Assembly (NCBI GenBank): GCA_010093705.1
Contig: MU006089.1
Span: 2,157,561-2,221,560, forward strand
Reading direction: 5' to 3'
DNA: 64,000 nucleotides
DNA from: Patellaria atrata CBS 101060
Taxonomy: Eukaryota
Part shown: positions 13,256 to 24,961 of the stretch, piece after piece
Numbering within the stretch: position 1 is the stretch's first letter
Layout of the letters: every line of letters begins with the position of its first letter
The notes under the pieces: model-generated
Told to the model about the DNA's origin: nothing
The model's input: only the letters and a program-made list of their open reading frames with translations
Databases searched by the model: none
Program-made: the position numbers and the translations under genes

Positions 13256-14095
13256 TCACGTCCTCCTCGTCCACGCGCCGCGAATCGAATCCCAGAGCAA
13301 GACAATAGTATCGCCCCACGAAGGCCGATGAGTCAACTCCTTCATCTTCTCATTGTTATGACCATGTCTACGCCTACTCTCGTCGTCCTCGCTCTCGTCC
13401 CGGTGCGAGTGGGTACTATGCCTCGACCGATGCGAGTGATGGGACTCGTGGCTCGCCCTCCTCACCGGGGGCGGGAGATACGCCGCGGACGAAGGTTGGA
13501 GCTGCGCTTGCGAGGACGTCGGGTAAGGTGCTAGCTGTTGCTGCTGCTGCTGCTGCTGCGGCGTCAGTTGGTAGGGCTGCTGTTGTTGCTGTAGAGATGG
13601 GACGTAGGGTTGTAGAGCTTGGTCTGGCGGTGGGCGTGTGGGGTCGAAGAATGGGCTCCGCTGCGGGGACGAGGCGTAGGGGGACGGCAGCGGGTGTTGA
13701 GGGGTGTGGGGGGAGGTCGAGTACTGGTGGGGCGAGCTCGAGTATGGGTTTGGGTTGCCGTTCATTGCTGTATTGGCTGCTGTCTGGGGTACCAATTGAG
13801 GTGCGCTCCGTGTGGGAGGGTGGTCGTAGCTCATGTTCACTTGTATCGTGTTTCCTTTTGAGTACGAGTTTCGTGGTGAGATGTTTGGTGAGATGTTTGG
13901 TGAGGTGTTTGGCGAATTCCTTGGTGAGTTCTTCAGTATGGAGCGGGGTTGTGAACTCGGTATGTAGCGGTGGAGAGGTATGCCAGAATGGTTTGGGGCC
14001 TCGCCATGGGAGGAATAAAGGTTATATGAAGGATGGGCATAGTAAGAGGCTGCGGATGACATCGGGGCTAGAGTGGTAGCCGTTGCCATTACCAT
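13256..14095 (-). CDS. Pro/Gln/Ser-rich hypothetical protein
   Basis: Open frame of 280 codons from ATG 14095. Contains SPN(T/I) repeats, a poly-Q tract (CAG repeat at about 13538-13560), an SHxSHxS cluster and an amphipathic C-terminus HRPSWGDTIVLLWDSIRGAW. Confidence 0.6.
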   Translation of the reverse strand: MVMATATTLAPMSSAASYYAHPSYNLYSSHGEAPNHSGIPLHRYIPSSQPRSILKNSPRNSPNTSPNISPNISPRNSYSKGNTIQVNMSYDHPPTRSAPQLVPQTAANTAMNGNPNPYSSSPHQYSTSPHTPQHPLPSPYASSPQRSPFFDPTRPPPDQALQPYVPSLQQQQQPYQLTPQQQQQQQQLAPYPTSSQAQLQPSSAAYLPPPVRRASHESHHSHRSRHSTHSHRDESEDDESRRRHGHNNEKMKELTHRPSWGDTIVLLWDSIRGAWTRRT

Positions 14096-15248
14096 TACCA
14101 GACGTCGGCTTGGCTGATGTCGATAGGCTAAAGGAAGGATCGATAGCACGACCCGACTAACCCGCAAGGGCACACAAGAAAACAACCGAAGGTACGGAGT
14201 AATCTCCCTGGCCTTTGCCTTCCTTCAGCACCGGAGAAAAGATGCAGATAAATGTCGACTCGTGATAGAAAAGAGTTTCGAGCAAGCAATTGCTCACTAC
14301 CTTGGATATATATCCGAAATATCTCTCGTTACTCACCGGATATGCCCTCTGATGGTGGGAAGATCACTACTCCGTCTTCCCGCATTGCCAGCAAAACAGG
14401 AGCCACAGGGAACTGGTCCATGGCATTCCCGTGAACGGCAACTCATCACCGGAACAGTATGAGTGTTGTTAAAGGGGGCACAGGGAGGGCGTACGATGTT
14501 GAGTAGGTACGTTCATCTATCCAGTCATAAACCATCATCATGACTGGATTGCGAAAGATCTGCTTTCATGTGCGAACTATGAATGACATGGCATATGCAG
14601 GCAGAGTTGGAAGAATATCGTTGTCTTCGCGCGTGCTGCATCTCATGACGAGTAGGGGGAAATGCCTTAGCGATCTTTGACACACAAGCGGACAATGATC
14701 GGTATGGCGATATTCGTTATTTCGTTACAGCGCTTTGGGGAAGATGAAGCCTCACTTCTTATTGATGGACGGAGCGCTGTCGTTCTGTTGGCTCTGATTC
14801 CGTTGTCAGTTCTGTCTGCCGCTCATCCGAATTCCCCAGTACTCTCCACTACTACTGCCATTATTCTTATCCCCATCCTCTTCTTTCTGTTGCGTTGTCC
14901 CGCAACCCGCAGCTGTGCCACTCGGTACCATCGGTATTTGGACCGCATCTCAGTTTCTGGCTGCAGGATATCCACGTCGCGTTTGATATTTCAGAACTGG
15001 ATGCGTTTCGCAGTTTCAAAGAATCGTTTTCGCAACGAGCTTAGTCAGTGCTTTATGGTTGGTATGCACAGTAGTATAACTCAGTGCTCCTGTGTTGATG
15101 CCTGAGCTGAATTCAGGTATCAGAGAGCTGTACCTGTACTGTCCTTGTTCCTGATTGTATGGGGGATAGATGACTGCATGACTTACCGACGGTATGACCG
15201 TCGAGCTCAAGACTCAACTTCTGGAGACTCAAGTCCTATGGATAGGTA

Positions 15249-15362
15249 ACTCACTTTCCAGTCACTCACTTTCTAGTTACTCACTTTCTAGTCACTCACT
15301 TTCTAGTCACTCACTTTCTAGTCACTCACTTTCTGGTCACTCACTTTCTGGTCACTCACTTT
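15249..15362. repeat. 15-bp minisatellite, about 7.6 copies (actcactttctagtc)
   Basis: Directly visible near-perfect tandem array with variants ccag/ctag/ctgg. Confidence 0.95.
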
Positions 15363-15738
15363 GCCGAGTATCATTATTCGACCTTGGTACTACAAAAGTA
15401 GAGGTTTAAGGAGTCCTTATTGTAATCATACTAAGGTAGTTTGTCTATGTCTGATGATGCAAGACACAGCCCCGCTACCCCTCGAACAATTGCTCAGCCT
15501 TCTCGCTACCCACGCTCTACCAGCCATAAACTTCAATTCTAACCGTGATACCAAGTGGAACAAGCCACTATTTGTCGGTTTCCATGCCAGATAAAATCTT
15601 CATAAACCATTGAACTCTCTGCTTTACATTTCCTCTTTCGCATTCTGCGCATTCATCTCACCTTCCTCCTTCCCTAACCTGCTTACACCAAATCTACTTC
15701 AATCGCGGTCAGTCCGAACTCAGTCGCAGATCAACACC

Positions 15739-17302
15739 ATGTCTGGCTATTACCCGCCTCACGGTCAAGGGGGATATCCTCCATATCAAGGTGAGAAGAA
15801 TCTGCAAACGTTATGAAGGGTTTTCAGCTCGCTGACGCGCGCGCACTTATAAGGCCAACCTCCTCCTCAGGGACACTCACCATACCCACAGCAAGGTTAT
15901 CCTCCTCCACCTATGCAAAATCAACAGTACCCCCCGCCTCAGGGCTATCCCCAACAGCAGCAGCCGTATGGCGCACCTCCACCCGTAAGTTACGTTGTTA
16001 GACTACGCCATAACAAGTCTCAATCTGACATCGAATCGAACAGGGTCAATACGCACCACCTCCTGGCCAGTATCCTCCTCCCCAGCAGGGTTACGGTGGG
16101 CCTCCACCAGGCCAATATCCTCCTCAACAGCAGCAATATGGAGGTTCCCCATATCCTCCTCCTCCACAACAGGGATATGGTCCTCCCCAGGTGAGTCTTT
16201 TCCAAATTTCAGTACTCGGATCAAAAACTGATCGAACATATTAAAGGGCCAATACGGACCACCCCAGGGACAGTATCCACCACCACAACAGCCACCAATG
16301 CAGCAGCAGCAATGGGGTCCAGGCCCTCAGGGCAATCCGACTCCCCCATCTCCCGGATATGGTCCTCTTCCCCAGGTTCAAATCAACGTGATACCCCAAG
16401 TAGAGGGTCTCAGAAAAGCAATGAAAGGAATAGGTACAGATGAAGCAACCTTGATCAAGATACTTTCCCAGCAAGATCCTATCCAAATAGAACATATTAG
16501 AAAAACGTTCACGCAACGATTCGGGCGCGATCTTATCAGAGATATAATGAGCGAGACATCCGGCGATTTTGAGACTGGTCTCGTTGCACTAGCACGTGGT
16601 CCTCTCCTCGCGGATGCATACAACCTTAAGGATGCCATTAAGGGTGTGGGAACCAATGAAGCCCTCCTCAACGACGTTCTCCTGGGCCGCAGCAATGCCG
16701 ATATCCGCGCCATCAAACAAGCTTATCAGCAGGAGTTCCGCAGTTCTCTCGAAGCCGACGTACGTGGTGATCTCAGCATGAAAACCGAACAGCTATTCGC
16801 CATGGTCCTATCCGGCACCCGTCAAGAAGATTCCGTTCCCGTGAATCCAGGCCAGGTCGACGCTGATGTCGCTGAGGTCCACCGCGCGACGGACGGCAAG
16901 ATAGGAACGGACCAGGTCACCGTGTGCCAGATCTTCACGAACAGAAATGACAACCAGCTCCGCGCCATCTCGCACGCTTACGAAGCCAAATACAAGAAAC
17001 CCCTTGCACGTGTCATCAAGAACGAGTTTTCAGGCCACATGGAGGATGCGCTACTCCTGCAACTTGCCCGTGCAGTTGACAGGGCGAAGAGCGACGCAGA
17101 TCAGCTCGAGGATACGATGAAGGGCATGGGGACAAAGGAGAAGTTACTCGTCCAGAGACTCATAAGCATCCACTGGAACAAGCAGCGGATGCAGCAGGCC
17201 CGCGCTGCTTACAAGCATATCTACCACCAGGAGTTGCCCAGCAGGATCAGGGGTGAGACTAGAGGTGACTTCCAGAAGCTGCTGTTGGCTTGTTTGGAGT
17301 AG
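15739..17302 (+). CDS. Annexin with a G/Y/P/Q-rich N-terminal tail (annexin A7/A11-like architecture)
   Basis: Exons 15739-15790, 15854-15984, 16044-16190 and 16247-17302 splice in frame (MSGYYPPHGQGGYPPYQGQPPP...). Four annexin repeats: MKGIGTDE, IKGVGTNE, GKIGTDQ, MKGMGTKE, with ETSGDFE/EFSGHME/ETRGDFQ. Confidence 0.93.
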
Positions 17303-17730
17303 GGTCCTTTGACTCGGTTTATAGAACAAGGTTTTGCGGTTATACATGGTAGGGGCTATCCTTTTGCGTGCTTTTTATATATTAGACGCTTAGATGTTTT
17401 TGATATCCCACGATTAAGTTAGAAATGAATTGCTGGCATCGGTTTTATAGACGAGGAAAATTTGAATCATTTTTCTACTTTGTCCGGACTTGTGATTTTT
17501 TTGATTTTTTTTTTCCCGGCATATTGTTCCCCGTTCTCCCGTACGCTTACATTTCACGCACCTCCGGCCCCAAATGGCAGAGATGAGCTGGAGGGTATAA
17601 GTGACCCAAGATGTATGAATGCGGAACCGTATCGCATAAGAACCACGCACCAGGACATGAACGACGGTTGTGCTTCTAGGCGTACAGTCAATCGATAAAA
17701 GCTCTCCCCACGCGGCAACGCGAAAAAAAA

Positions 17731-17935
17731 NNNNNNNNNNNNNNNNNNNNNNNNNNNNNNNNNNNNNNNNNNNNNNNNNNNNNNNNNNNNNNNNNNNNNN
17801 NNNNNNNNNNNNNNNNNNNNNNNNNNNNNNNNNNNNNNNNNNNNNNNNNNNNNNNNNNNNNNNNNNNNNNNNNNNNNNNNNNNNNNNNNNNNNNNNNNNN
17901 NNNNNNNNNNNNNNNNNNNNNNNNNNNNNNNNNNN
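17731..17935. other. Assembly gap (205 N)
   Basis: Run of n characters, preceded by an A-tract. Confidence 1.
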
Positions 17936-17942
17936 CAACAAC

Positions 17943-19607
17943 CTACCTCAACTTATGCCCCCCCACAACCAGTTTGCTAAAAACCCCACTCGGATCGAAC
18001 TTCCGCTGCGTCTTCACCAACTGCGCCTTGTTCGCGGCACCATAGCTATCAAACGGGTTCTGCGATATATCCGCGTAGTTGTGATACAGAAACTCGTCCC
18101 AGAGACCCCGCTGCTGCGCGAGCTTTTTGCCGAAGTTGATAACTTCGGCGCCGAGGGCGTTGAAGACGTTGTCGGAGGTGGGCGAGGACCAGGTGTAGCC
18201 GAGGTTGATTACTAGTGGGGTGGTTAGTGTGGGTTAAAGTATTGGGATGGGGGATGGGGATGGGTGTTATAGCCCGGGGAAAGCGACGTACTTATAAACG
18301 GGCCCTTCCTACTCCCCAGCCCCAACGAGTTCCCCCCATTCTTCGCCATCAGCGCTAACATGCTCTCGGTGATCGGCTGCATGGCCAGCGTAGCGAGGAA
18401 GCCCGGGTCGGAGCCGTCGAGGAAGGGCTGGCTCTTCTGCGCCCAGAAGTCCCAGATGTCGGTCGGGAGTCTAGCGTCGTTTTTGAAGACGAGGGTGAAG
18501 AAGTTCTGGCGGAGGCCGGAGAAGACGGGGGCGTTGAGCTCGGCGGCGAAATCGCCGTAGGTTCCGACACGCATCGTGTTGCCGATTTGGGTCTCGGCGG
18601 TGAAGTTGTCGAAGATGGGCGGGTTGGGCGTCGGGTCGAGGTATTCGTAGTCGTTTGCGAAGATGATGCCGCCGAGGGAGGGGACGCCGACGGAGGCGAT
18701 GATGACGCCGGCTTTGTTGTCTTTGGGCGCGTTCTTGTTGAACCAGTAGAGCGCTTCGTAGAGTTTGTCTTTGCTCGTGGGCAGGTTTTGGATCATGCCG
18801 CCCCACATGTTGCCCTCGGGGTGGGTTTCCATGTCGAAGCGGGTTACGATGCCGAAGTTGTTGCCGCCTCCGCGGAGGGCTCTGAATAGGTCGGGGTTTG
18901 AGGAGGCGCTCGCCGTGACGATGTCACCGGAGCCGAGCACGATCTCGTAGGACTTGACGTTGTCGCAGGCCCAGCCGTACTTATTGGAGGTGAAGGATAT
19001 GCCTCCGCCGAGGATGAAGCCACCAGCTCCGATGTTGCTGAGACGACCGCCCGTAACGCCTAAGCCTTTGGGATTCAAGTAGGCATACACTTCTCCCCAA
19101 AGAGCTCCAGCACCGATCTGCACGATCTTATTGCCGTTGGTTAGGGAGAGTGAGTCCAAATCCTTGAGATCGATGGTTAGGCCGTCCTGGATGTTAGAAG
19201 CACCCTTAATTGGCATATGACCTCCTGACTTGACCGCGAAGAAGCAATTTGCCTTTCTTGCGGCAATTACGGCTACGGAGACCTCTTTGGCCGATTTTGG
19301 CTTGAATCTACATTTCGGTTGTAATTGAATGTTTTGCTGGGGCCATGCGATTTGATCAGTTGCATAGGCTGCGTCCGTTTGGTACAATGTTTTGGATGGG
19401 TATAAGACCTCGAGAGCAGCACACTTTTCGTATTGAATTAGTGAATGTGCTCTGTACATTTAGATCAGAAATACGTACAACAATGGCACATTGCTGAACA
19501 CCTCTCTTACTCAAATCTCCATACTCGCCGACCTCTACCGACGTCTCAATCGGTGAAGCGCGGGAAAGGATGGAAAAGGAGAGGATGAGAAGATTTCGGA
19601 AATGCAT
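17943..19607 (-). CDS. Secreted FAD-linked oxidoreductase (VAO/BBE-like, FAD-binding PCMH type)
   Basis: Signal peptide MHFRNLLILSFSILSRASP and a KR pro-peptide site. Motifs VKSGGH (His typical of covalent FAD attachment), GAGGFILGGG, YGWACDNV, LRGGGNNFGIVT and C-terminal YHNYAD...KFDPSGVF. Introns 19478-19424 and 18291-18212; stop TAG at 17945-17943. Confidence 0.9.
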
Positions 19608-21454
19608 GATTGAACTGAATACAGATCAAAGCATGTAGAAACAGCAGAATAAGAGGACCGGAACGAGAGACGGATGGATGAAGAAGAGGTTGAGTAAATT
19701 ACACCACAAGAAATTGGTGATCCAATTGCCTTGATGAAACCAAAGAAATTGTGGACGATCGACATGATTATATACGCTTTTGCTCCAAAGGAAAGTGGTG
19801 AAAGAACAATGACAGAGATGGAAAGTGTGGAACCGGGATACTAACAAAGAGCACGCGGCTCACGCAGAACGCCACAAGGCCTTACCGTGTCTGCAACTCC
19901 CACATGGTCAAGCTTACATACATGGAGATGAGCTGGGTTCATTTATCGATCTTGGTAGCACTGTGTGACAGGCAAAACGTGGATGTAAAGCATTCCAAAG
20001 TTGCGTATATCCTGAACCACCAACATCGACCAAGTCTCTGGTAGGTCCTGATCGAGGACAAGCGGCATAAGGAGCCGCACTAAGTCAAAGCATGAATTGT
20101 TTAGGCATGTTACTGCACAACTGAACGCTTGTGCTCTGCTTCGCGAGCTGAGATACACGCGACGAAGGAGGGATAGGGTATTGGGTTTTGCAAGACCATC
20201 CATGGCCGTAGGCCGCATCAGATCCCGATATTTCCATTAGAGGATCTAAGTGCGAGATCTAGACAACGATATCATGCATTTGAGCATGCGATTCCCCTGT
20301 TCTACAGGTGAGTGAGGACGATGGAGGTGTATAGGGTGTCAAGGGGAATCTGGTTTAAACTCTTCCTTTCAACTGTAAGCGGTTAGGACCGGAGATATTC
20401 TGGTACCGACTTTCGTGTTCATTAGCTGCACGTGATGCCAAGAGAAGCTATCCTCAACTTCATTCCATCTCATCTATTGTAACAACCTTCACTCCTTCAG
20501 CCTTAACCTCATGCTTGTATTGATTAACCACACGTCCCCAACTCCATTAGATATTACGTAGGATGTCTAGCATCGGTCAGTCATTATCTGCTAGACCTAG
20601 TGTACATAATAGCGCAACGCCTTCTTCTATGCGCTGCATATAAGAAGGATCAGACAGTATCAGCCGTCCCTTGAGACCATTTTCGGAGCCTTATTCCCCA
20701 CGCTTTTCCTGCGACGAGCTCCTTCGGGAAATCTTCTGGAAGACTTAGACGAGTTCCATGCTTCTGCCTCTTATGGTTTTGGCCCCAATTTCGCTTATTC
20801 AGTTCCACTACATGGACATGGTTGTTGTAGCTTTCTGAACTCGACCTTCTAGATATGGGCTTCGATGAGTGCCACATTCGTACCCATTATGTATTCAAGC
20901 GTGGGTTTAATATAGATCCCTGCCTGTAATATCGATAGGGCATCTTCATTCTTTGGTAAACCACTACAGATTGCCAATGCTACCAAATTTCTATATCATG
21001 CAAGCTGCACTACAGAATTCCGTTCTCTTTTTCTATCTGATAACCAGTTGAAATACTAATTCTATTACTCTACAAATCCCAAAGAACACTAGTTTTGGAC
21101 GAACGCCATATTTCCGTGCTAAACTCGCCGTTCTTCATTCTATTCAGCCTGCTAACTAGCTTCCGCACATAGAGTCCCCAAGTTCCATACTACTGGGTTC
21201 AGATTATAGTCAATTTTATACCTGTTCTATTTAAAGCATAAAATGGAGCTCAGCTCAAAAATCTTATATCTCTGACCTCATTGAAACGATAATGTGAACG
21301 ATAACTGCACATAATTCTGAGTTATTCGACCATGATACTCTAAAAAAAGAGAACTATACCCTAAGCAACCACATACAACCAAATAAATCCTAAAAGAGAA
21401 AAAACTATGTCTTAAAAAAAGGACAACTTAGTCCCGAGTTCGAAAAAGTAAAAT

Positions 21455-21606
21455 AAAAAATTGCAAAAAGCAGTTCCCCCGCCGAAGCGGAGTACATATG
21501 CCCTCCCCTCGAGGGGAGCCGGCCGGTATCGAACCCGGGCCGCCGAGATATATTATATAAAGGATGGGAGATACGCACCGGCCTAATCGGCTAACCCGGA
21601 TTCGAT
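21455..21606 (-). ncRNA. tRNA-like Pol III-type structured RNA candidate or tRNA-derived element (not a canonical tRNA)
   Basis: A-box-like TAGCCGATTAGG (21593-21582), B-box GGTTCGATACC (21535-21525), hairpins CTCCCC-TCGA-GGGGAG and CTCCGC-TTCG-GCGGGG, then T5 and T6 runs. The T-stem and acceptor stem do not pair canonically. Confidence 0.55.
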
Positions 21607-23263
21607 GGAAATATGAGCGGTTGACGTTGCTTATGACCTGCAAACGTCTGAGCACGTGGTTTGCATGTTCAAACATTCTCCCAGCGGTTTTTCTTAAACC
21701 ATCAAATGCATTCTGGTAACTCACCCTTGGAGTTCAATGTTCACGATGGACCTTTCTACTCCCGATTTCTCTCAAGTTTTCAGTGGGGAGATGACAGGTG
21801 TACCATAGTAGTCCCTTTCTGTTTTTTTCGAATTATATCCCCTCTTTTAAACTTTAAGGATGACAATGGTAAGTAATAGCTTTCATTTCAAAATATCCCA
21901 AATAAAGATATATCTAGCAAGCATATTCACCAAAAATGAACTACACACGATAAGAGCAGTCAAATAGATAAGAGCAAGTGAAAGAAGACAAAGGGGAGTT
22001 CATTACGAGAGAGAATCTCCCTTCCCCACCTCTAGTCCATCTCCTCCGTGATTCCCAAGTACTCTATATCCACACCACCATACCACTTCCCCAAAAAAGA
22101 AGCATGCAGCCAAATCGATACACAACCAGAATTCGCTCAGTAGTGCTACAAAGACCTCAAACGGTCCTCACCACGTCGACCAGCAGCACGAGCCCGCCGG
22201 ACAGATCCCCATCTGATCTCGTCCCGCATCTTACGGTATGTCGGCTACGGCCTAGTCTCGTAGCAGTGCGTTGAGCTCGGGTCTCGGGACGGGAGCGCAG
22301 GTGTTGGTGGCTTGGGGTGTTATACACAACCTCAGACTGATAATTCAACGTTCGAGTTTGGGGTTTGCTCTGTCTGTATTAGGTTATGATATTGCTTTGT
22401 CGATTTTGAGGTTGAGACTTTGATGGCATATTGTTTACTTCAGCACCTTCATGCTGCTTATATTACCGATAGCACGAATGAGCTTGACGGGAGTGGGAAT
22501 TCTGTACGCATATCGGGATGTGATACTTTATCCCTCTCACGGTTGAAGAGTACGGTACCACTCAACTTCTACGGCATGATTGATAGTAAATGAAAATGTG
22601 AACCTTATACGAGCTCACATACCAAATCAGCAACCACACTCTCCCGTTAATCTATGCTCATATCTAGTATATATTGATAAATCGTTTCATAGTGTATCAA
22701 CTAATAGTGAATCCATCGCCGCGGACGCTAACAAGCTTCCAACACTTCGCTCCAACAGTCCAAAGCAAAGCCTATGACTCGGCAGGATCCAACACTCGAT
22801 TCCGGTCACCCCGTCCATCAGTGCATTGTTACCTACAGTAATATTTGCGGGAAGGACCGTCTGGTCGGGACCGAAGACCCGGTTTAGAGATTTGGTAATA
22901 TCTCTCTCCCCTTCGTTGTGGGTAATCTAGACATAACTCACCGTTTGAGATACGACACGATCAATTCAATCTTAGACAGAGAACACAGGTAGGATAACAG
23001 TATCAATGGCTATCGCTAAGCTAAAATTCTAAATCCAGCCCAAAAAGTGGAGAGTGGTATAATACTAAAACACGAGCGCCTCCCAGAAGCAATGAAGCCA
23101 TATATATACAGTTACTCCCCGCGATGAATGCTAAAAGCCTCTATCACCATATTACACTGTTCCAAAAAAGAGAAGCTCTCCCCTGTAAATACTATTACAG
23201 TTCATCCAATCGTCACTTCGTTACTAATACAAATCCAGACAAACCTATGAGTGCAGACGGTAA

Positions 23264-24961
23264 TCAAGCCGCATAAGCTGGCGGCGGGCCATCCACATCC
23301 TCACTCGGTAGCCAAAACCCATCCGAGCCAGCTTCTCCCATCTTCTCCTCCCTGACCTTCCGCGCGATCTCGTTCGCCATCTTCATCATCCAGGCCTGCT
23401 CTAAGATGCCACCGGATGACGAAGACGAGGACTCAGCGTACGGAGGAACAGGCTTAGCATGCGAGAGTTTCTCGAGCGAGTAGTTGCGCAGAAGAGGGAG
23501 CGTGCTGGTAGAATGAGCATTGCGAGCATGACGATGGAGCGGCATTTTTGACTCCAGGTCTGACAATAGCGCATTATGGAGGGCATTACTGGCATTGATG
23601 GCAGCATTGGTGCTCTCTGCTCTATCGTGACGTTGCCTTTCCTCTGTCTTAGGCGTATCTAGATCATCAATGCTGACTTGTCTGCTGTGGAAACGAACAG
23701 CTTTATTTGGAGATCGGGGTGGGGTGGTGAGTTCCCCTTCTTTCTCCTCAGGGATAGAGGAAGGTGGTTCAAAAGAACCGGCAACGCTTGGAGCGGGTGT
23801 TGATGCTTCAGTAGAGACGCTTTCTGTTCCGTCTTCCTTATTTTTCCGGAGATCAACTACCCGTTTCTTTCGCTGCCTTGGAGGGTGAGCTCGCGGTCTA
23901 CTTCCACTAAGGCCATGGTAAGAGGAACTACGGCCTATAAAGCTCGGACGAGACGACGATGTGCCGGTATCCGAATTGTCAGACACACTATGTGCCGACG
24001 AGTTCGTTGCAAGGGAAGAATGATGACGGGAGAGTGTGGATGATGTGAGTTGAGGTGTGCCTGCTGCGGATTCTGGGCGATCGATGCCGCCTGCCCAAGC
24101 TCGGAAGACAGTATCGCGGAGAGATGGAGTAAACAAGGAAAGAGTCCGTTGCGACTCTTTGAGAGTAGCTAGACGAAGTAGGTTCTTTTGAGAAAACGAA
24201 GCATGGGTTTCCGTGGGAGAATCTAGACTCAACGAGGATAACTCAGACTCGTCGATTGGATTTCCAAATGCATCAACTGGATCTTGAGCAGGACTCGCTA
24301 GTGGGTCTATAGGGACCGTAGCGTCCTTGTTCGTATTCAATACTCTTTCATCATCCATTTCCGTATATTCTGGCGACCACAGACGTAGGGATAATCGGTG
24401 TAGAATCGCAGGAAGGTCATCCATGAATAGTACTCGTAGCTGCCCCTCTATCTCTTTCTGTAGATAGTCTCTTACGAATGGTATCGAGTCAAACGTCGAT
24501 GACACTTTTAGAGACTCTAATGGATCGTTTCGAAACACCAAAGTTAAGCCTTTTGTCTTGCAGAATACCAGTATAACAAATCCAGAAAGTCTGAAGTCAG
24601 AAAGTGTGATTTGTAAAGGTATCGTAAGCCCGGACGATGCTGCGAGAGGTTGCGGAGACGCGAAGGACGGTTTCGTGGAAAGATAGGTATTAAGAGGGTT
24701 TGCTTGTACTCTTGTCTTCAGCGTTAGAAAAGCATCTCCAGTATATGCCATCTTGAAGATGCCTCGAAACTTGTCTTCGGCCAAATCTCCGATCTCCAAT
24801 ATTTCCAGTTCTGGCGGTACAGAGCCCAAATTGAGCTCAGTGACGATGATGTCGTCAACGATGATGGGAGGCTTTGGAGATTTGTTCAAAGCTGTTGTTA
24901 GCATGTCTCTAGCACGAGACGTATCCGCTATTAGCGGCGACCAGTTGAAGTTGAAAGCCAT
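23264..24961 (-). CDS. MDM34: ERMES subunit, mitochondrial distribution and morphology protein 34
   Basis: Diagnostic N-terminus MAFNFNWSPL; SMP domain with PPELEILEIGDL, VQANPL and VFRNDPLESLKVSSTFDSIP; C-terminal PPPAY motif. Single exon. Confidence 0.95.
   Translation of the reverse strand: MAFNFNWSPLIADTSRARDMLTTALNKSPKPPIIVDDIIVTELNLGSVPPELEILEIGDLAEDKFRGIFKMAYTGDAFLTLKTRVQANPLNTYLSTKPSFASPQPLAASSGLTIPLQITLSDFRLSGFVILVFCKTKGLTLVFRNDPLESLKVSSTFDSIPFVRDYLQKEIEGQLRVLFMDDLPAILHRLSLRLWSPEYTEMDDERVLNTNKDATVPIDPLASPAQDPVDAFGNPIDESELSSLSLDSPTETHASFSQKNLLRLATLKESQRTLSLFTPSLRDTVFRAWAGGIDRPESAAGTPQLTSSTLSRHHSSLATNSSAHSVSDNSDTGTSSSRPSFIGRSSSYHGLSGSRPRAHPPRQRKKRVVDLRKNKEDGTESVSTEASTPAPSVAGSFEPPSSIPEEKEGELTTPPRSPNKAVRFHSRQVSIDDLDTPKTEERQRHDRAESTNAAINASNALHNALLSDLESKMPLHRHARNAHSTSTLPLLRNYSLEKLSHAKPVPPYAESSSSSSGGILEQAWMMKMANEIARKVREEKMGEAGSDGFWLPSEDVDGPPPAYAA

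Noticed and set aside
15194..15409. ORF with SHSLS repeats; possible CRISPR-like array
   Set aside because: The ORF is just the translation of the 15-bp minisatellite. There are no unique spacers and the context is eukaryotic.
17414..18215. ORFs spanning X residues
   Set aside because: Artefacts of the N gap.
21470..21606. HDV-like ribozyme or functional tRNA-Gly(CCC)
   Set aside because: I could not build the P1/P2/P3/P1.1 nested pseudoknot on either strand, and the tRNA T-stem and acceptor stem do not close.
22092..22280. SRP RNA, U1 or box C/D snoRNA
   Set aside because: No helix-8 SRP54 motif, no ACUUACC 5' end and no proper 5' box C.
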